Shown here: positions 1 to 13,158 of the stretch, piece after piece
Position numbering within the stretch: position 1 is the first letter of the stretch
Layout of the letters: each line of letters begins with the position of its first letter
NCBI GenBank assembly: GCA_951406725.2
Contig: OX597823.1
Location: forward strand, 88,474,001 to 88,538,000
Direction of reading: 5' to 3'
DNA: 64,000 nt
Source of the DNA: Octopus vulgaris
Taxonomy: Eukaryota
Position numbers and translations under genes: made by a program
The notes under the pieces: model-generated
The model's database searches: none
Told to the model about the DNA's origin: nothing
What the model saw: only the letters and a program-made list of their open reading frames with translations

Positions 1-44
1 AACTGATATTCACTATGTGTATATAATCCTGAAATTTGGTCAAT

Positions 45-80
<36 letters not shown>

Positions 81-84
<4 letters not shown>

Positions 85-275
85 CCACGTGTGTATCGTT
101 GGCGATTTTCTTTCTCCGTCTCCCCTTCTTTGGACTTTTCTATATTTCTGATGAAGAGCTGCGCTCGAAGCGTGACATCCTCTTTCTTTTCTTTCCTTTC
201 CTGAGCGTCCAATAACAATGTACTTTTATCCCCCGCCCTCGCGTTGTTGTTTTTCTTGCTTGTTCATGTTTGTAT

Positions 276-281
<6 letters not shown>
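81..281 (+). mobile_element. Short non-coding HHR-bearing element (Penelope pLTR/retrozyme-like), degenerate copy
   Basis: Homologous to 7478-7687. Contains CTGATGA-A-GAGC-TGC-GCTC-GAAG-CGTG (148-174) with GAAA mutated to GAAG. Lies between (GT)n and (TA)n. Confidence 0.6.
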
Positions 282-326
<45 letters not shown>

Positions 327-1170
327 ATATATATATTATTTCTGTGGGGCGGGTGAGAGAGTGCCTGTGTCTCTGTATATATATATATATATACGTATGT
401 ATGTGTGTATCGATGCGTGTATTCTGAGAACATTAGAAAAAGAAGGAAAATGCACATTATATATTTAATACATTTTAAAGGATAGAATATTATGATAGTG
501 TACTGATTTTGCATTTCACTAATCATGACATTGAAATTTCGTGTTATGTTAAGGAGGTTTTAGTCCATGTAGCTTGTTGGAAAGTCTGTACATGAACCAG
601 CATGTAGAAAAATCTAATGGGAGGTAATTGGTGGTTGTTATTATTCGAGACCGGTAATTGTACCATTTTGGGGCGGCATATGCTTTCTTTTATGGTACGC
701 TTTTCATTAGAAGATAGAGTTGCCGAAAATGGCAGGCACTATAAAGCATCCCGAAATCAAAATGATGCGAAGCAAATTTCTTAGTTCCATAGAAAAATCT
801 GTACTGCTACATATATTATATGTGAAATATTAGGAATAGAAATAGAACATGTATTTATATTGATAATTAAGTTTACGCATATATTACAGGTGTGGGTTTC
901 TATGTGTAGGAAATCACGAACGGGGTTGCTGGTGTGGCAGGTTTTACATTTTTTCCAGGTGTTTCAATAACGCATGATTGACAAATCATGCAGCAGACTT
1001 GAATACCTGGAAGAATATAATGATGCTGCCATTTCACTAATATAATATGTATTCCATAATTCCTTGTACACGACCAACAGGTACTAAACACTGTGCGGAA
1101 AAAAATGAATATATATACATGTGTGTATGTGCCCAGAAACAGTTTATCTTTTAAGTTTTATATTCTAATA

Positions 1171-1380
1171 TTTCTTTCACTAGACATGAGCCATACAGGA
1201 GCACGGCCTTTAGTCGCACAAATCATCGACCCCAGGAGTTAGTTTTTGAAACCCTAGGACTTATATTATCGGTCTCTTTTGCCGAATCGCTAAGTTAGTG
1301 GACGTAAACACACCAACATCGGTTGTCAAGCGATGTTGGGGGGGACAAACACAGACACACACACATAAACACACACATAC

Positions 1381-1432
<52 letters not shown>

Positions 1433-1556
1433 GAAGGCCTTCTTTCAGTTTCCGCTACCAAATCCACTCACAAGGCTTTGGTCGGCCCGATGCTATAGTA
1501 GAAAATACTTGCCCAAGGTGCCTCGCAGTGGAACCGAACCCGGAAGCATGTGGTTG
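1171..1556 (-). mobile_element. tRNA-derived SINE, family A (CORE-like CCTTGGGCAAG motif, internal microsatellite)
   Basis: Colinear with 59645-60085 and with the reverse complement of 30045-30507. Internal (CA)n(TA)n tract. Confidence 0.8.
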
Positions 1557-1581
1557 ACAATTATAATAATAATAATGATAA

Positions 1582-1704
1582 GGCACATAATTGCAAGTTC
1601 AGTCCCTCTGTGTGGAACCTCGAGCAAGTATCTTCTGCTATAGTTTCAGGCCGACCATAGACTTGTGAATGGATTTGTTTGACGCAAACCGAAAGAAAAC
1701 CATG
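1582..1704 (+). mobile_element. SINE family A, partial diverged 5' portion
   Basis: GCAAGTATCTTCTGCTATAG...GGCCGACC...GTGAATGGATTTG matches 30120-30200. Confidence 0.6.
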
Positions 1705-2548
1705 TGTGTATGTGTGCGCGCGCGCGCGCGCGCGTGTGTGTGTGTGTAGTGTGTGTGTGAAATGTCATAAAGTAAAGCAGGCTAACATTTTCGTATACTT
1801 GATCGTCTCTTCATTAGTTTATGAAACAGAACTAACAGCCGGAAACATGTCAAATAGCACACCTGCATTAGTTATAAACCTATCAACACTGTCTGCAATT
1901 TTGCAGTGGTAGCTAATGCACGGCAATCAATTGCATAATATTACATTATGATAGTTGAAATAGCGCCGTGTATTCGGACACACTTTACCAGACTAAGGTT
2001 ATGTATTAAAAACATACCAGACGTCTACAACTGTCTTATGTATCTTAGTAAATTCATTTAGTTTAAGAATATAGTGACGCCTAAAATCTTCCGATATACT
2101 CCAAAATATACATCTGTGAGTATGTATACATTTCCTTAATAAAGGAAAGAACATTGAAAGCTTTACTAATCTGAAATTGAAATGTTGCAGACGTAAAATA
2201 TACGTCCATCTCAGTCAGGAAGTTTTTTTTTCTCTGGTCTGATGTAATGGGATTTTTAGTTCGTTTTCTAGAAGTATTTTCTTTTACGAGAATCGTTTTT
2301 ATCGTTTTGTCAAAACTATTTACTCTATCAAGCTGTATCAACTTAACGTTTTCCTTACAATAAAGAATGATATCAAAATATAGTCGCGTAGCATAACATT
2401 CTCATATCATGTATGTACATAGAAGTTCTAATCTGAAAGGAATATAAACGTCAGAAAATAAATACCACTAATATCGATTCAGGTATATCAAGTGGACGAG
2501 TTATTAACACTGTATACATACATTTAGACCTTCGCCTCCGCACACGTG

Positions 2549-2619
<71 letters not shown>

Positions 2620-3261
2620 ATCCCATATTAATGAATGGAACTCAGGGTTACAAATTTTGTTCTTTGAATCTTACTTGTTTTCTATTGAGTACTTTCTTAT
2701 ATATATCATCAATGTCCCATTGTGTCCCTCACATATGACTTCGTATGTGTATTCAGCTTTTGCCGAATGACTTGCACAGATAATTCATTTATAGCGGTCA
2801 ACTGTTCTTACCGCAGGATTTTTCACTCTCTCCATCAACGCTATGTTGTCTGAAGAAGTGCGCTGTGTAACACACGTCAGGTGTCGAAGTGATCAGAGCA
2901 ACGTGAGATGAAGGATTTTGCTCAAGATCAAAGTGCCCCACTCGGTCTAAGAACTGAAACCACCATCTTGTGAATGCATCAAGCTAACCCCTAGGTCTTG
3001 CGTTCTCAAGCATATATATATATAGGTATCTTATATAAAAATTTAGATTCAGATGAATATGGTACTTAAGTTGAGGCACCAGAATTTAGTACATGCAACC
3101 CCATTTAATTGAACAATGCAATCATTTCGTTACACCAGTTTAAAATGTAAAGCAATTTTCAGCTACACAAAGACATAGAATTTGATTAAATTAGAACTGG
3201 ACACATTAGTATAATTTTACTTAAGATTCCCAATGTTGATAGGTTTTATTGGTATCTTATG

Positions 3262-3353
<92 letters not shown>

Positions 3354-4249
3354 TATATGTGCATATATGTACGTTTGTCTCCTTCACTTTTATGAAGATC
3401 ATACATTTTTTCGAAACGAGTCGATGTATATTTTCTCTGCAAATATATTGTCCATCACAATTCGATTTGATCTTCCACCCACCAAGCTAAATGTTGCCCA
3501 ATGAATTGGAGGAGCTCTGCCAGAAAATATCCTTACGTAACGTCACGAACTATTACACAATGTTTAAAAATCTTATCACGCTATTGAAACGCGTGTAGCT
3601 TTCATTTTAGCTGCCCGTTCTTGATCCTTTACAATAAGACTTTCTACGTAATGTGTTGCAATTATCTCATTGGTACATGAGTACATGTACAAGATAGCGA
3701 GGGCCATTATACAACTGTTTATCTTCTCAGTGACAGCTATATTATTTACCAGTTGATTTATTAGGATATTTATGCATTCTTTCGCTCGTAGTTACTCGTT
3801 CGCTTGAAATGCGTAAAAGTGCCACAAAATTAATTGCCAAGATTGTTTAAATCCTCACTACTTTATATACATATACGTATGCGTGTATACAATGTGTTTA
3901 TGTCCGTGTGTGCGCGTGTTTATGTGTGTGAGTTTGTGTGTATGTCTATGATACGAAACTAATATAATAGAAGACAACAAGAAAATATTCAGTTTAAAGG
4001 AGTGCGCTTCAAAAGAAGTTTCTCGTAAATTCTGTTTCCCTCTGGTTACCTTCCGCCCGATTGCCCCATTGACACCCGTGTTTGATATAATGTGTACGAG
4101 GCATTATTATCGCATGCTGCCTAGATACAGACAACAATAAAACCACAAAATACGTTGAGAATCATTACAAATGTAAGACACATTATGATCTGTCTATCTA
4201 TCTATCTATTTACTTATCACGCTATCTATATGTACAGACATAAGTTTTC

Positions 4250-4886
4250 CTTTCTTTTTGTCATTGGATTACGACTAAGCTGGGGCACCGCTTTGAAGGG
4301 TTTACTCGAACAAATTGACCCTGTCTTTAATTTTTAAAGCAGGGGACTTATTCTGCGGTCACGACTGTACCGGACCACTAAGTTACGGGGCATGTAAACA
4401 AGCTAACACCCATTGTCCAGCTGTTAACTTAACAAGCGCAAAATCATTCACAAACCGAAATATACACAGATGCGCAAAAGAACTCAGCTATACACACACA
4501 TACACACATAAATGTATGTATACGACGGTCTTCCGTACAGTTACCGTCCGTCAAATATTCACTGAGAAGTCACTGGCTGATTTGGGTTACCGTTGAAGTC
4601 ACTTGTCGATGGTGCTACGATGCAGTTGCACTGATCACAAGGGAAGACCTGAGCTCGAAGCCACGTAGCTGTAATGTGAGCTTCTCAATCATACAGTCTA
4701 CATATATATCTTCTCTTACTTGTTTCAGTCATTTCACCGCGGCCATGCTGGAGCAACTCCTTAAAGAATATTTTAGTCGAAGATGTCGAAGCCCATGACT
4801 TATTCTTTGTAAACCTAATATTAATTATTTTGCGAATCACTATATTAAGAGGTCGTAAGCAAGCCAACAATTGTGAAGTGATGGTG
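4250..4886 (-). mobile_element. Two adjacent diverged SINE family A fragments
   Basis: GGGGCACCGC..GACTTATTCT..CTAAGTTACGGGG (4280-4400) and GTTTCAGTCATT..GGCCATGCTGGAGCA..GACTTATTCTTTGTAA (4720-4815) match 59660-59790. Confidence 0.6.
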
Positions 4887-4895
4887 ATATATATA

Positions 4896-5506
4896 TAAAT
4901 GTTTTTTAAATTTTCTCCTGGTTTACTGAATTAACTTTTATTTGCGGTTGAAGCTGTGGTTGTTATTTCTAGTGGGTGAATGGCCTATTATGGCCGTTCC
5001 TTTATTGTTGATGTTGAACTTAAAAATGGTCTATGACTATTTTAATTTTTTCCTACTAGGCCGCTGGTGGCAAAAGAATTCTACAAAATTTTTTTTGCCA
5101 CCCTATATTGATTAATTATGAATTTTCTGGTTGATTCCGTAATGGAATCGACGGCTTATATATATTTATTTGCTGCCGATAAATTTGGCGCGAGTGCGAC
5201 GATTTGAAAATTTTAGGTCAGATATAAACTTGGCAACGACGGAAATGCCTCGTGAAAATATCTGTTCCGTCTTGGGCTATTTCTTACTGATGAATCTGAG
5301 GGCCTGTGGAAGATTGGCTTGATTTAATTTAATCAGGTTAGTTTACCATTAATCAGCAGATGAAACGGTATATCGTATAAGAAATTACAGGGTAAATGTT
5401 TTTTAAATTTTCTCCTGGTTTACTGAATTAAATTTTTATTTACGGTTGAAGCTGTGGCTGTTATTTCTAGTGGGTGAATGGCCTATTATGGCCGTTCCTT
5501 TATTGT

Positions 5507-5510
<4 letters not shown>
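4896..5510 (+). mobile_element. Terminally redundant ~497-bp non-coding HHR element (retrozyme/pLTR-like) inserted in (TA)n
   Basis: ~117-bp direct repeats at 4896-5012 and 5393-5510, TA repeats on both flanks, internal HHR and hairpins, no ORF. Confidence 0.75.
5279..5385 (+). ncRNA. Type I hammerhead ribozyme with extended stem II
   Basis: Stem I ATTTCTTA/TAAGAAAT; core CTGATGA 5287-5293; stem II ATCTG...CAGAT; GAAA 5362-5365; near-palindromic stem III CGGTATATCG; GTA triplet 5375-5377. Confidence 0.85.
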
Positions 5511-5562
<52 letters not shown>

Positions 5563-5582
5563 ATGTATATATATATATGAAT

Positions 5583-5636
<54 letters not shown>

Positions 5637-5663
5637 ATATGTATATGAATGTAGATATATATG

Positions 5664-6009
5664 CGGCGGAGACCCCCTTCTGTCTCGAATGACTATGGGA
5701 TTGCATCTAGAATGTTACCCTCCGAGGCACAAGTTCGCAAGTTCGGGCAAGGTTGTTTATGGAAGACCAGCAGTTTCCCATGCATTTCAGCCTCCCTTCT
5801 CCATGCCACCGATGTTATCCAAGGGAAAGGTAAAGGGGCCGATACAGCTTGGCACCAATGACGTCGCAACTCATTTCTACAGCTAAGTGAACTGGAGCAA
5901 CGTGAAATAAAATGTCTTGCTCAAGAACACAACACGCAGCCCGGTCAGGGACTCGAATTCACTACCTCACGGTCGTAAGTCGATGCTGTGACCACTGAGC
6001 CATACGCCT
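5664..6009 (-). mobile_element. tRNA-derived SINE, family C-related
   Basis: Reverse strand begins GGCGTATGGCTCAGTGGTCA (A box) and contains GAATTCGAGTCCC (B box) and GTTCTTGAGCAAGACATT, shared with 13620-13730. Confidence 0.7.
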
Positions 6010-6101
6010 TCTCACACACACACACACACACACAATGGGACTGAATCCACAAATGTGTTTGGAAAGCAAACTTCTTACCACACAGCGACGTATATAAACA
6101 C

Positions 6102-6149
<48 letters not shown>

Positions 6150-6754
6150 GTGTGTATGTTGTATACGTGTTTTTGTGTATGGATGTAAGTTATTTAGGGA
6201 TATAGCATCATTGAACTTCCAATATATTTATAAACTGTTAGTAATCTCTTATTTTCTATTTCTCAGACATTTCGCATCCAATTAAATAATTCCTCAAACA
6301 AACAGACAACCAAATTGTAAAATAATTGGTCTGCCGTAGTAAATGATATGTGGAGTAAAAAAATAACGAGATTGATATTATATTTCTAACTGATCTAAAC
6401 TTAACCGTAAACTGGTGCTAAATACTCAGCTGCCAATCTTGTCTGTGCGTCGACACCTTAGGCCTATAAAAGAAATAATGCAATCATCACTTCCGCTCTC
6501 AATATCATGATTGTTATTTATGAAATATTTTTAATGCTTTCATCCAGTCTGTCCAATCGAAGGAATGGTTATCATGTAATCTTTAACTGGTTATGATATT
6601 ATCTTAAAATATCTAGCGTATCTGCAAATAGACTGTGTATCATATGACATCCTCAATGGATGCAGAATGTTACATTTTCATTTGGACATAATCTTGAAGC
6701 CGCGTCTACGAGCCGGTCTTCATCAGCACCTCGAATGTTATGATATATTGGTTT

Positions 6755-7110
6755 CAAATTTTGGGACAAGGCCAGAAATTTGGAGGGCAGGGGGTAAATC
6801 GATTACATAGATTCCTGTGATCAGATGGTGTTAATTTTATGTATCCCGAAAAGATAAAATGCAAAGTCGAACTCAGCGGAATTTGAACGAAGGCGAGAAA
6901 ACGATTCGTTTCTACTCCAGGCACAAGGCCCGATATTTGGGGAGAGGGGACCAGTCAATTTGCTCGACCCCAGAAGGCAACTGATATTCATTTTATGGCC
7001 CCCGAAAGGATGAAAGGCAAAGTCAACTTCGCGGGAGTTTGAACGTAAAGACGAGCGAAATACTGCGGTGCCTTTTGCCTGCCGTGCATACGATTCTGCC
7101 ACCTCCTTGC
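6755..7110 (-). mobile_element. SINE family B (Meta-domain-like), diverged dimeric copy
   Basis: Two diverged CCCGAAAGGATGAAAGGCAAAGTC-type units at about 6845 and 7000. Confidence 0.7.
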
Positions 7111-7420
7111 CTTTCTGTTAGGATATACTGAAATTAAATCCCGAGAACTTCACTACTATATTTTTCTTGTGCCTGTATTGAAATGTAAAATACTTAAAAG
7201 TCAAAGCAATTTTTTATAAATTTCTTTGATAGATATCGCCCGGCTGAATAATTATATGAATTTATCTCTAACATAATTGATCATGTTATTAACACTTCCA
7301 CATCTACACTCATCTAGGAATATGCGCAAACTTCACAATTCGTGCTTCTCTCAATGCACAGAAACACCATCTATCTATCTGTCTGTTTGTCTGTATATAT
7401 ATATATATATATATCTCCAC

Positions 7421-7472
<52 letters not shown>

Positions 7473-7477
7473 TCAAA

Positions 7478-7687
7478 ATGTGACCGCGTGTGTACGACTG
7501 GCAATTTTTTCCTCCGTCTTCCCGTCCTTGGATCTTTCCTTTTCCTATGTTTCTGACGAAGAGCTCCGCTCGAAACGTTAAATCCTCTCTCTTTCTTTCC
7601 TTTCCTGCGCGTCCAATAACACTATACTTGTTCCACGTCCCCGCGTTGTTGTGTTTTCTCATTGGGTTTTCATGTTTGGATTAACTA
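7478..7687 (+). mobile_element. Short non-coding HHR-bearing element (Penelope pLTR/retrozyme-like)
   Basis: Homologous to 81-281 and to the reverse complement of 49640-49732. TA-rich flanks. Confidence 0.7.
7549..7583 (+). ncRNA. Minimal type I hammerhead ribozyme
   Basis: GTTT-CTGACGA-A-GAGC-TCC-GCTC-GAAA-CG-TT-AAAT. Palindromic AACGTT stem III as in Penelope-associated minimal HHRs. Stem I is weak. Confidence 0.7.
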
Positions 7688-8053
7688 TATTATATATTCA
7701 GTTGCTATAAAAATATATCTTCTGCCTCTGTTGAATCTTTACTTTCGTCTCTGCTACTGTCTGCCGTTATCTGTCAATCTCAGCCAAGGCAAGAGAAGGC
7801 AAGGCATAGCAAATATTTCACGATGACCCAGCCAGAGTTGCCCTGGATGAAAGACATTTCTTTATGTCCGTCAAACAAAAGTGTTGAATCTTCAGAAAAA
7901 TACGAGTGACATCAAAATAATGAATTACTGTTGTATTATTTATGCGAAAAATATTATATCGAATATAAAACCATGAGTGTTTGTAAAACGAACATAGAGA
8001 CACGCGTTTTCGTCATCATTTTCATATAGTTGAAAAATATACTGAAACAAGAT

Positions 8054-8331
<278 letters not shown>

Positions 8332-9691
8332 GCGGAGGTAGGTAGTCAGCTACGTAGACAGGTAGGTCGGTATGTAGGTAGATAAGTAGTCAGGTGTTTA
8401 AGTTGCTTGGTAGTTATACGCGCAAGTATGTTATACATATATCACCGATACTTATGTGTTAATGGAAGTATAAGAAGTTATTTGTATTTACATTTGTATA
8501 AGAGAGAAACATCGATTCAATGTAGGATATATGTAAACAAAACAAAGAGTTTTTTGTCGGGGTGCAGCGTTTCACAATATAATGGAAGCTCTAACGATGT
8601 ACCTCTATTTGATTATATATATGTATGTATGTAATGTATGTATATATGTGTGTGTGTATGCATATATTATATATAATATATATACATATGTATACATACA
8701 TATATATACACGCACTAATCTATACTTATATATATATATATATATGTGTGTGTGTGAGTGCGTGTGTATACATATGTATGTATGTATGTATGTAGGTGTA
8801 CATACTCGCACCCATAGACCGATACATTCAGGCACTGATATATATATATATATATATATATATAGTGGGAATACGCATATTGATGCAAATATACGTTGAT
8901 AGTGATGTAGAACGACGTGTATTTGTGTGTCTGCATCCGAAGATGTTCGGAATATTTGCTGCATAGATTGATATTGTGAAGCGCAGCAGGACAACCAGAA
9001 ATATATTCTTTTTGCCTATATGTATCTAACATTGAATATACATTCATTCCTCGCACATACATTCATAAAAACATACACTTATTTATAGATACTTACACGG
9101 ATGCATAATGCCATCGATCCGTATGCACATATGTAATCAGTATACCCCAAAGCTAACAGAGTAATCTTCTTTCATAATGCCTTACAGCTCACATACTAAA
9201 CGTATTAAACAGCGTAGCATTAGTTAGTCTCTCGATATATTTATGTTTGACAAGAATCAACGCATTATTCATAACCGTTAAGCATAAATTGAGTATTAAT
9301 CTGCATCTTTTTGTCATTCCTTGGTTCCCTAGGTGACATGCAGCCATATCTTCTGGCGTTTCTCTTTGATCCTTTCAGAAACTTACTAAGATAGTTAGTA
9401 AAATTAATGAATTTATATAATTTTGGTTTTATGGCTACATTCTGCAATATAACTTCGCTGCTTGCGGAAGGCGTCAAGACATTCTGAATGTACCCAATAT
9501 ATCGATTATGTGGCAAACAATATTATTCCGCTCATAATTTCTAGTCAGCCAAGGAATCCGTGAAAAGAATTTTGGTTTTACATACAACTGTAATTGTTTA
9601 CTATTATTACATTTGTGTGTGCAAAGTACTTTTACTTCTATTTTTCTTGAACGCAAGCCTAATGCACTCTAAATGATATTGTTGTACCATA

Positions 9692-9740
<49 letters not shown>

Positions 9741-10440
9741 GCGTTTGTATATGTGTAAAATACTTTTCTTCATATCTTTTCTGAATATAAACCTTATGCA
9801 CTCTAGTGTTCGTTGCTGCACCATATATAAATATATATATAAATATATCTAAATACCTACATTAATATACATATATGTGTGTATGTATTGCGTGTTTGTG
9901 TGTGAGTGTATCTGTGTATTTGTGTATGTATGTGTGTATGTATGTATGCATGCATTTATGCATGCTTGTATGCATGTACGTATCAATATCAATATGTAAA
10001 TATCTGCACAAATATAAATAAAGTCTGATGACGATGAGGAAGCTGCAATCACTTCCAAATTATTTCCTTGGATCAGTTAATATATATATATATATATATA
10101 GTCACGGGCCTAAAGTAGAAAAGAATAAATATGAACTCAACTAATAAGCATTCAGTTTTCCTAGAACGGTAATTCCTGGAACAGGCATACGCTGTTACAC
10201 TTACGCACTTCCACGTGTGCAAAAGCACAAAGGTACGAATGCACTCACTTTAAACGCATAAACATGAACATCTATAATTCCGCTTTTCGCTAGCACTAAA
10301 GGCCTGGCAAAGCAAGCTCAGCGCAACGTTCATAATGATCCGCATTGGGTTAATATACATCTCCTGGGTTCCTTCTTCTGGTCAGACAGCTAACAGAGAG
10401 TACTCTGTGGTTTTGAGAGAGTCCAGGAAGATATTTCGTT

Positions 10441-10862
10441 GATCTTTTCGATTTGAACGGCAGTTTTTAACATAATTTGTAGGTAACTAAAAAATTTTAA
10501 ACTTCGTATACTGGTTGAATGTGTTTATAAAACATCTTTTTCTCTTGGCTTTATTAAGAAAATTCTAGAGTTTATAAGATATTTGTTGTTTTTTTCTTCA
10601 ATTTTTGCAATTTCAACCAATCACTGACGTATTTGAGGTAAAAAAACATTCTGTGCCGTATGAATGTGTCCCTCGTTTAAGAAACAGATTGGGTTTATTT
10701 ACATTTGTGAAAAAAAATATATACCCTTCCACAACCCCTAATCCTAAACCTAACCCTAAAATAGATTTAAATGCAATAAATCGGTAGTAGGGTCATAATT
10801 ATGGGTTTACAATTTCATATGACACCGCTAGAAAAAAACTGCCGTTCAAACCGAAAGGATCC
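10441..10862. mobile_element. Non-autonomous TIR DNA transposon (MITE, possibly Mutator-like)
   Basis: 28-bp TIRs GATCTTTTCGATTTGAACGGCAGTTTTT / AAAAACTGCCGTTCAAACCGAAAGGATC; putative 9-bp TSD TATTTCGTT/TATTTCATT; internal TAACCC-like repeats. Confidence 0.75.
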
Positions 10863-11123
10863 TATTTCATTTCATAGGAACAGATCTCTTCCTGGAGAAG
10901 GCATCATGATTCCAACCTGGTTATCAATTACTTGACAGAGTTGGCCATCAAAAACTATCCCTCAAAAGTCTACATTCCCGACCTTGCTCCCTTTCAATTT
11001 TGGTTCTTCTACAAGCTGAATGAAAAGATGAAGAAAGCTGTGACAATTTTTCTGGTCGCCTTCACATTCAACGATTTGCAGGAGACCTTCATAAAGTGCC
11101 CCGGGATGCAAGAAGTACAATAG
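10863..11123 (+). pseudogene. Mariner transposase C-terminal fossil
   Basis: ORF 10932-11123 reads YIPDLAPFQFWFFYKL, a degenerate form of the mariner YSPDLAPxDFWxFxKL motif. Confidence 0.65.
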
Positions 11124-11666
11124 AGTTGGCGATTATTAGATAAACAAATGTGTACGATCAAATATATACGTATAGACTTATCTGTTTAAACACATACTTA
11201 CTTGCATGCACACACGTACACCTCATCTCCATTTGCACAATCATAAGTCATCGCAAATATGAATGTGTGTGTGTGTTTGTGCGTTTGTGCATGCTTATGT
11301 ATTATATTACAATATACATTTTTTTATTCATATAAATAATCAATCGATCATCGTATGAATTTATGCTAAAATCGAATCGGATTTGAAAAATAAGAATTTT
11401 GCGGAAAAATCTTTGTAAATCACAAATATTTTATATCGTTTCCGTTGCTTCTCGCTGTTTCTTACTTGTTCAAATTTTTATTATCTCTTCTGCAATCAGC
11501 AATATAATATGGGTTTAATTAATGCATCAATACCAATAAAAGAATAATTACAACAGTTTGCAGTCCTATAAAATTCATGTACAATATTATATCGATTCTT
11601 ATGCAATTCTGCAAGGATATTTTGAGATATATTTAGCATGGCTACGCATATTCATTTGCACTTATC

Positions 11667-11704
<38 letters not shown>

Positions 11705-13158
11705 TATGGTGAGATACGTATGCGTTTGTTGTGGGATGTCGTTTTCATACAGCTATAAGAAATATAATGAATTTCAATCTTAGTTTATCGATTATACATT
11801 ATAAATTAAGGAGAGATATATTCATATGATAGCTTGGTTTCTTCGTTTCCGAAATTCTGAACTACTTTAATGTTGACAAATGTTCTAAGGAAACACGGCA
11901 TCGATCATTTACAGGAACCATTTAAATCGGAGATAACATTTCGTCGTTTTATATATTGAAATAAAGATCCTACCGTTATTACAACATCTAATGCTTAAGT
12001 GTTGCTTTATCTGCGCTCGTGAATACATTCAGAATTTGAAACTGTTATTGCACTTTGACATCACGTCTATTCAATCATCAATATTGATTTTCTTGGAGGA
12101 ACACAACAACAGCAATTTGTAGGGCAGAGGTGGTGCCTTTTAAGTCATGACCAGTATATAGACTGATCTTTGTAATATTAATTCCCTATAATTGTTACAA
12201 GAATGCAAATATATTGGAACAATATATTTGAATTCTTGAACTTGCAAACAGATCCCAAATCTTTCTAAGAATATTTATTTATACATGACAGGATCTTTGG
12301 CGATCCTACCCAAGTTTTACAAATTTTCGAATTTCTGATTTGATGCAGAAATATATAGGTCTCCATATTATCGATTCATTATTTGGATTGTGTATTGGAA
12401 TGCAAATATAGTTTTGTTTTGTTTGTTCATTTTTTTGTTAGTAACCACTGATTAAACAACTTGTGTTTTTTTACTAAAATTTCGTGCTTAAAAATTATAT
12501 ATAAGAAACTTTCGGTTGACATTTTTTCTATACACAATAATGCCTAAAATTATATAAATTTATCCAATAGTACATCGTAAATATTTTGAAATACTAACCA
12601 GAAACTCAAAAGTCTAATGCCCGAAATCACTGTACTATCAGAAAAAAATAATTCAATAAATTGAATTAAATGGAAAGAAAATTCTGTCATATATTGACTG
12701 CCTTCACGATGCAGAATCGTTGCATTATTTCCGTATGCTCATACTAAGGGTAGTTTGATACCTTGAAAGGGCCAAGGATATTAATTTTTTAAATCGAGTT
12801 GTTTGGAAATAGTAAAAGAAATTAATATGTAACTGTGTAAATAAGTATTAATTTCATAAAAATTACCCTTTCCTTTATGTGAGTATCGCCAACAATTGTC
12901 TCTCGACATTTGAGATTCTTTCCGCAATATGAGACTAATATCTAAAAAGAAAAAACACTTCTTGTGTACGCCATTCAATACATCAGCACCTACCCTAATT
13001 AAATATAATTATATCAATTGTTCTTCAGAATCTTTCTCTTTTGTTCATATTTATTTCTGCCGTTTTTATTCTATCTCTGGTTAAAATGTTTGCTATTGTA
13101 CTTCTTGTAAAAATCTGTTCACCTACTTCCTTGGCGTCAATTGTCTATTTTTCGGTTA

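Noticed and set aside
3025-3260. 10-bp direct repeat GGTATCTTAT bounding a 225-bp segment between (TA)n tracts
   Set aside because: Could be a TSD or terminal redundancy, but it is short and AT-rich with no supporting motif.
6695-6730. Minus-strand CTGATGAAGACC
   Set aside because: No downstream GAAA box.
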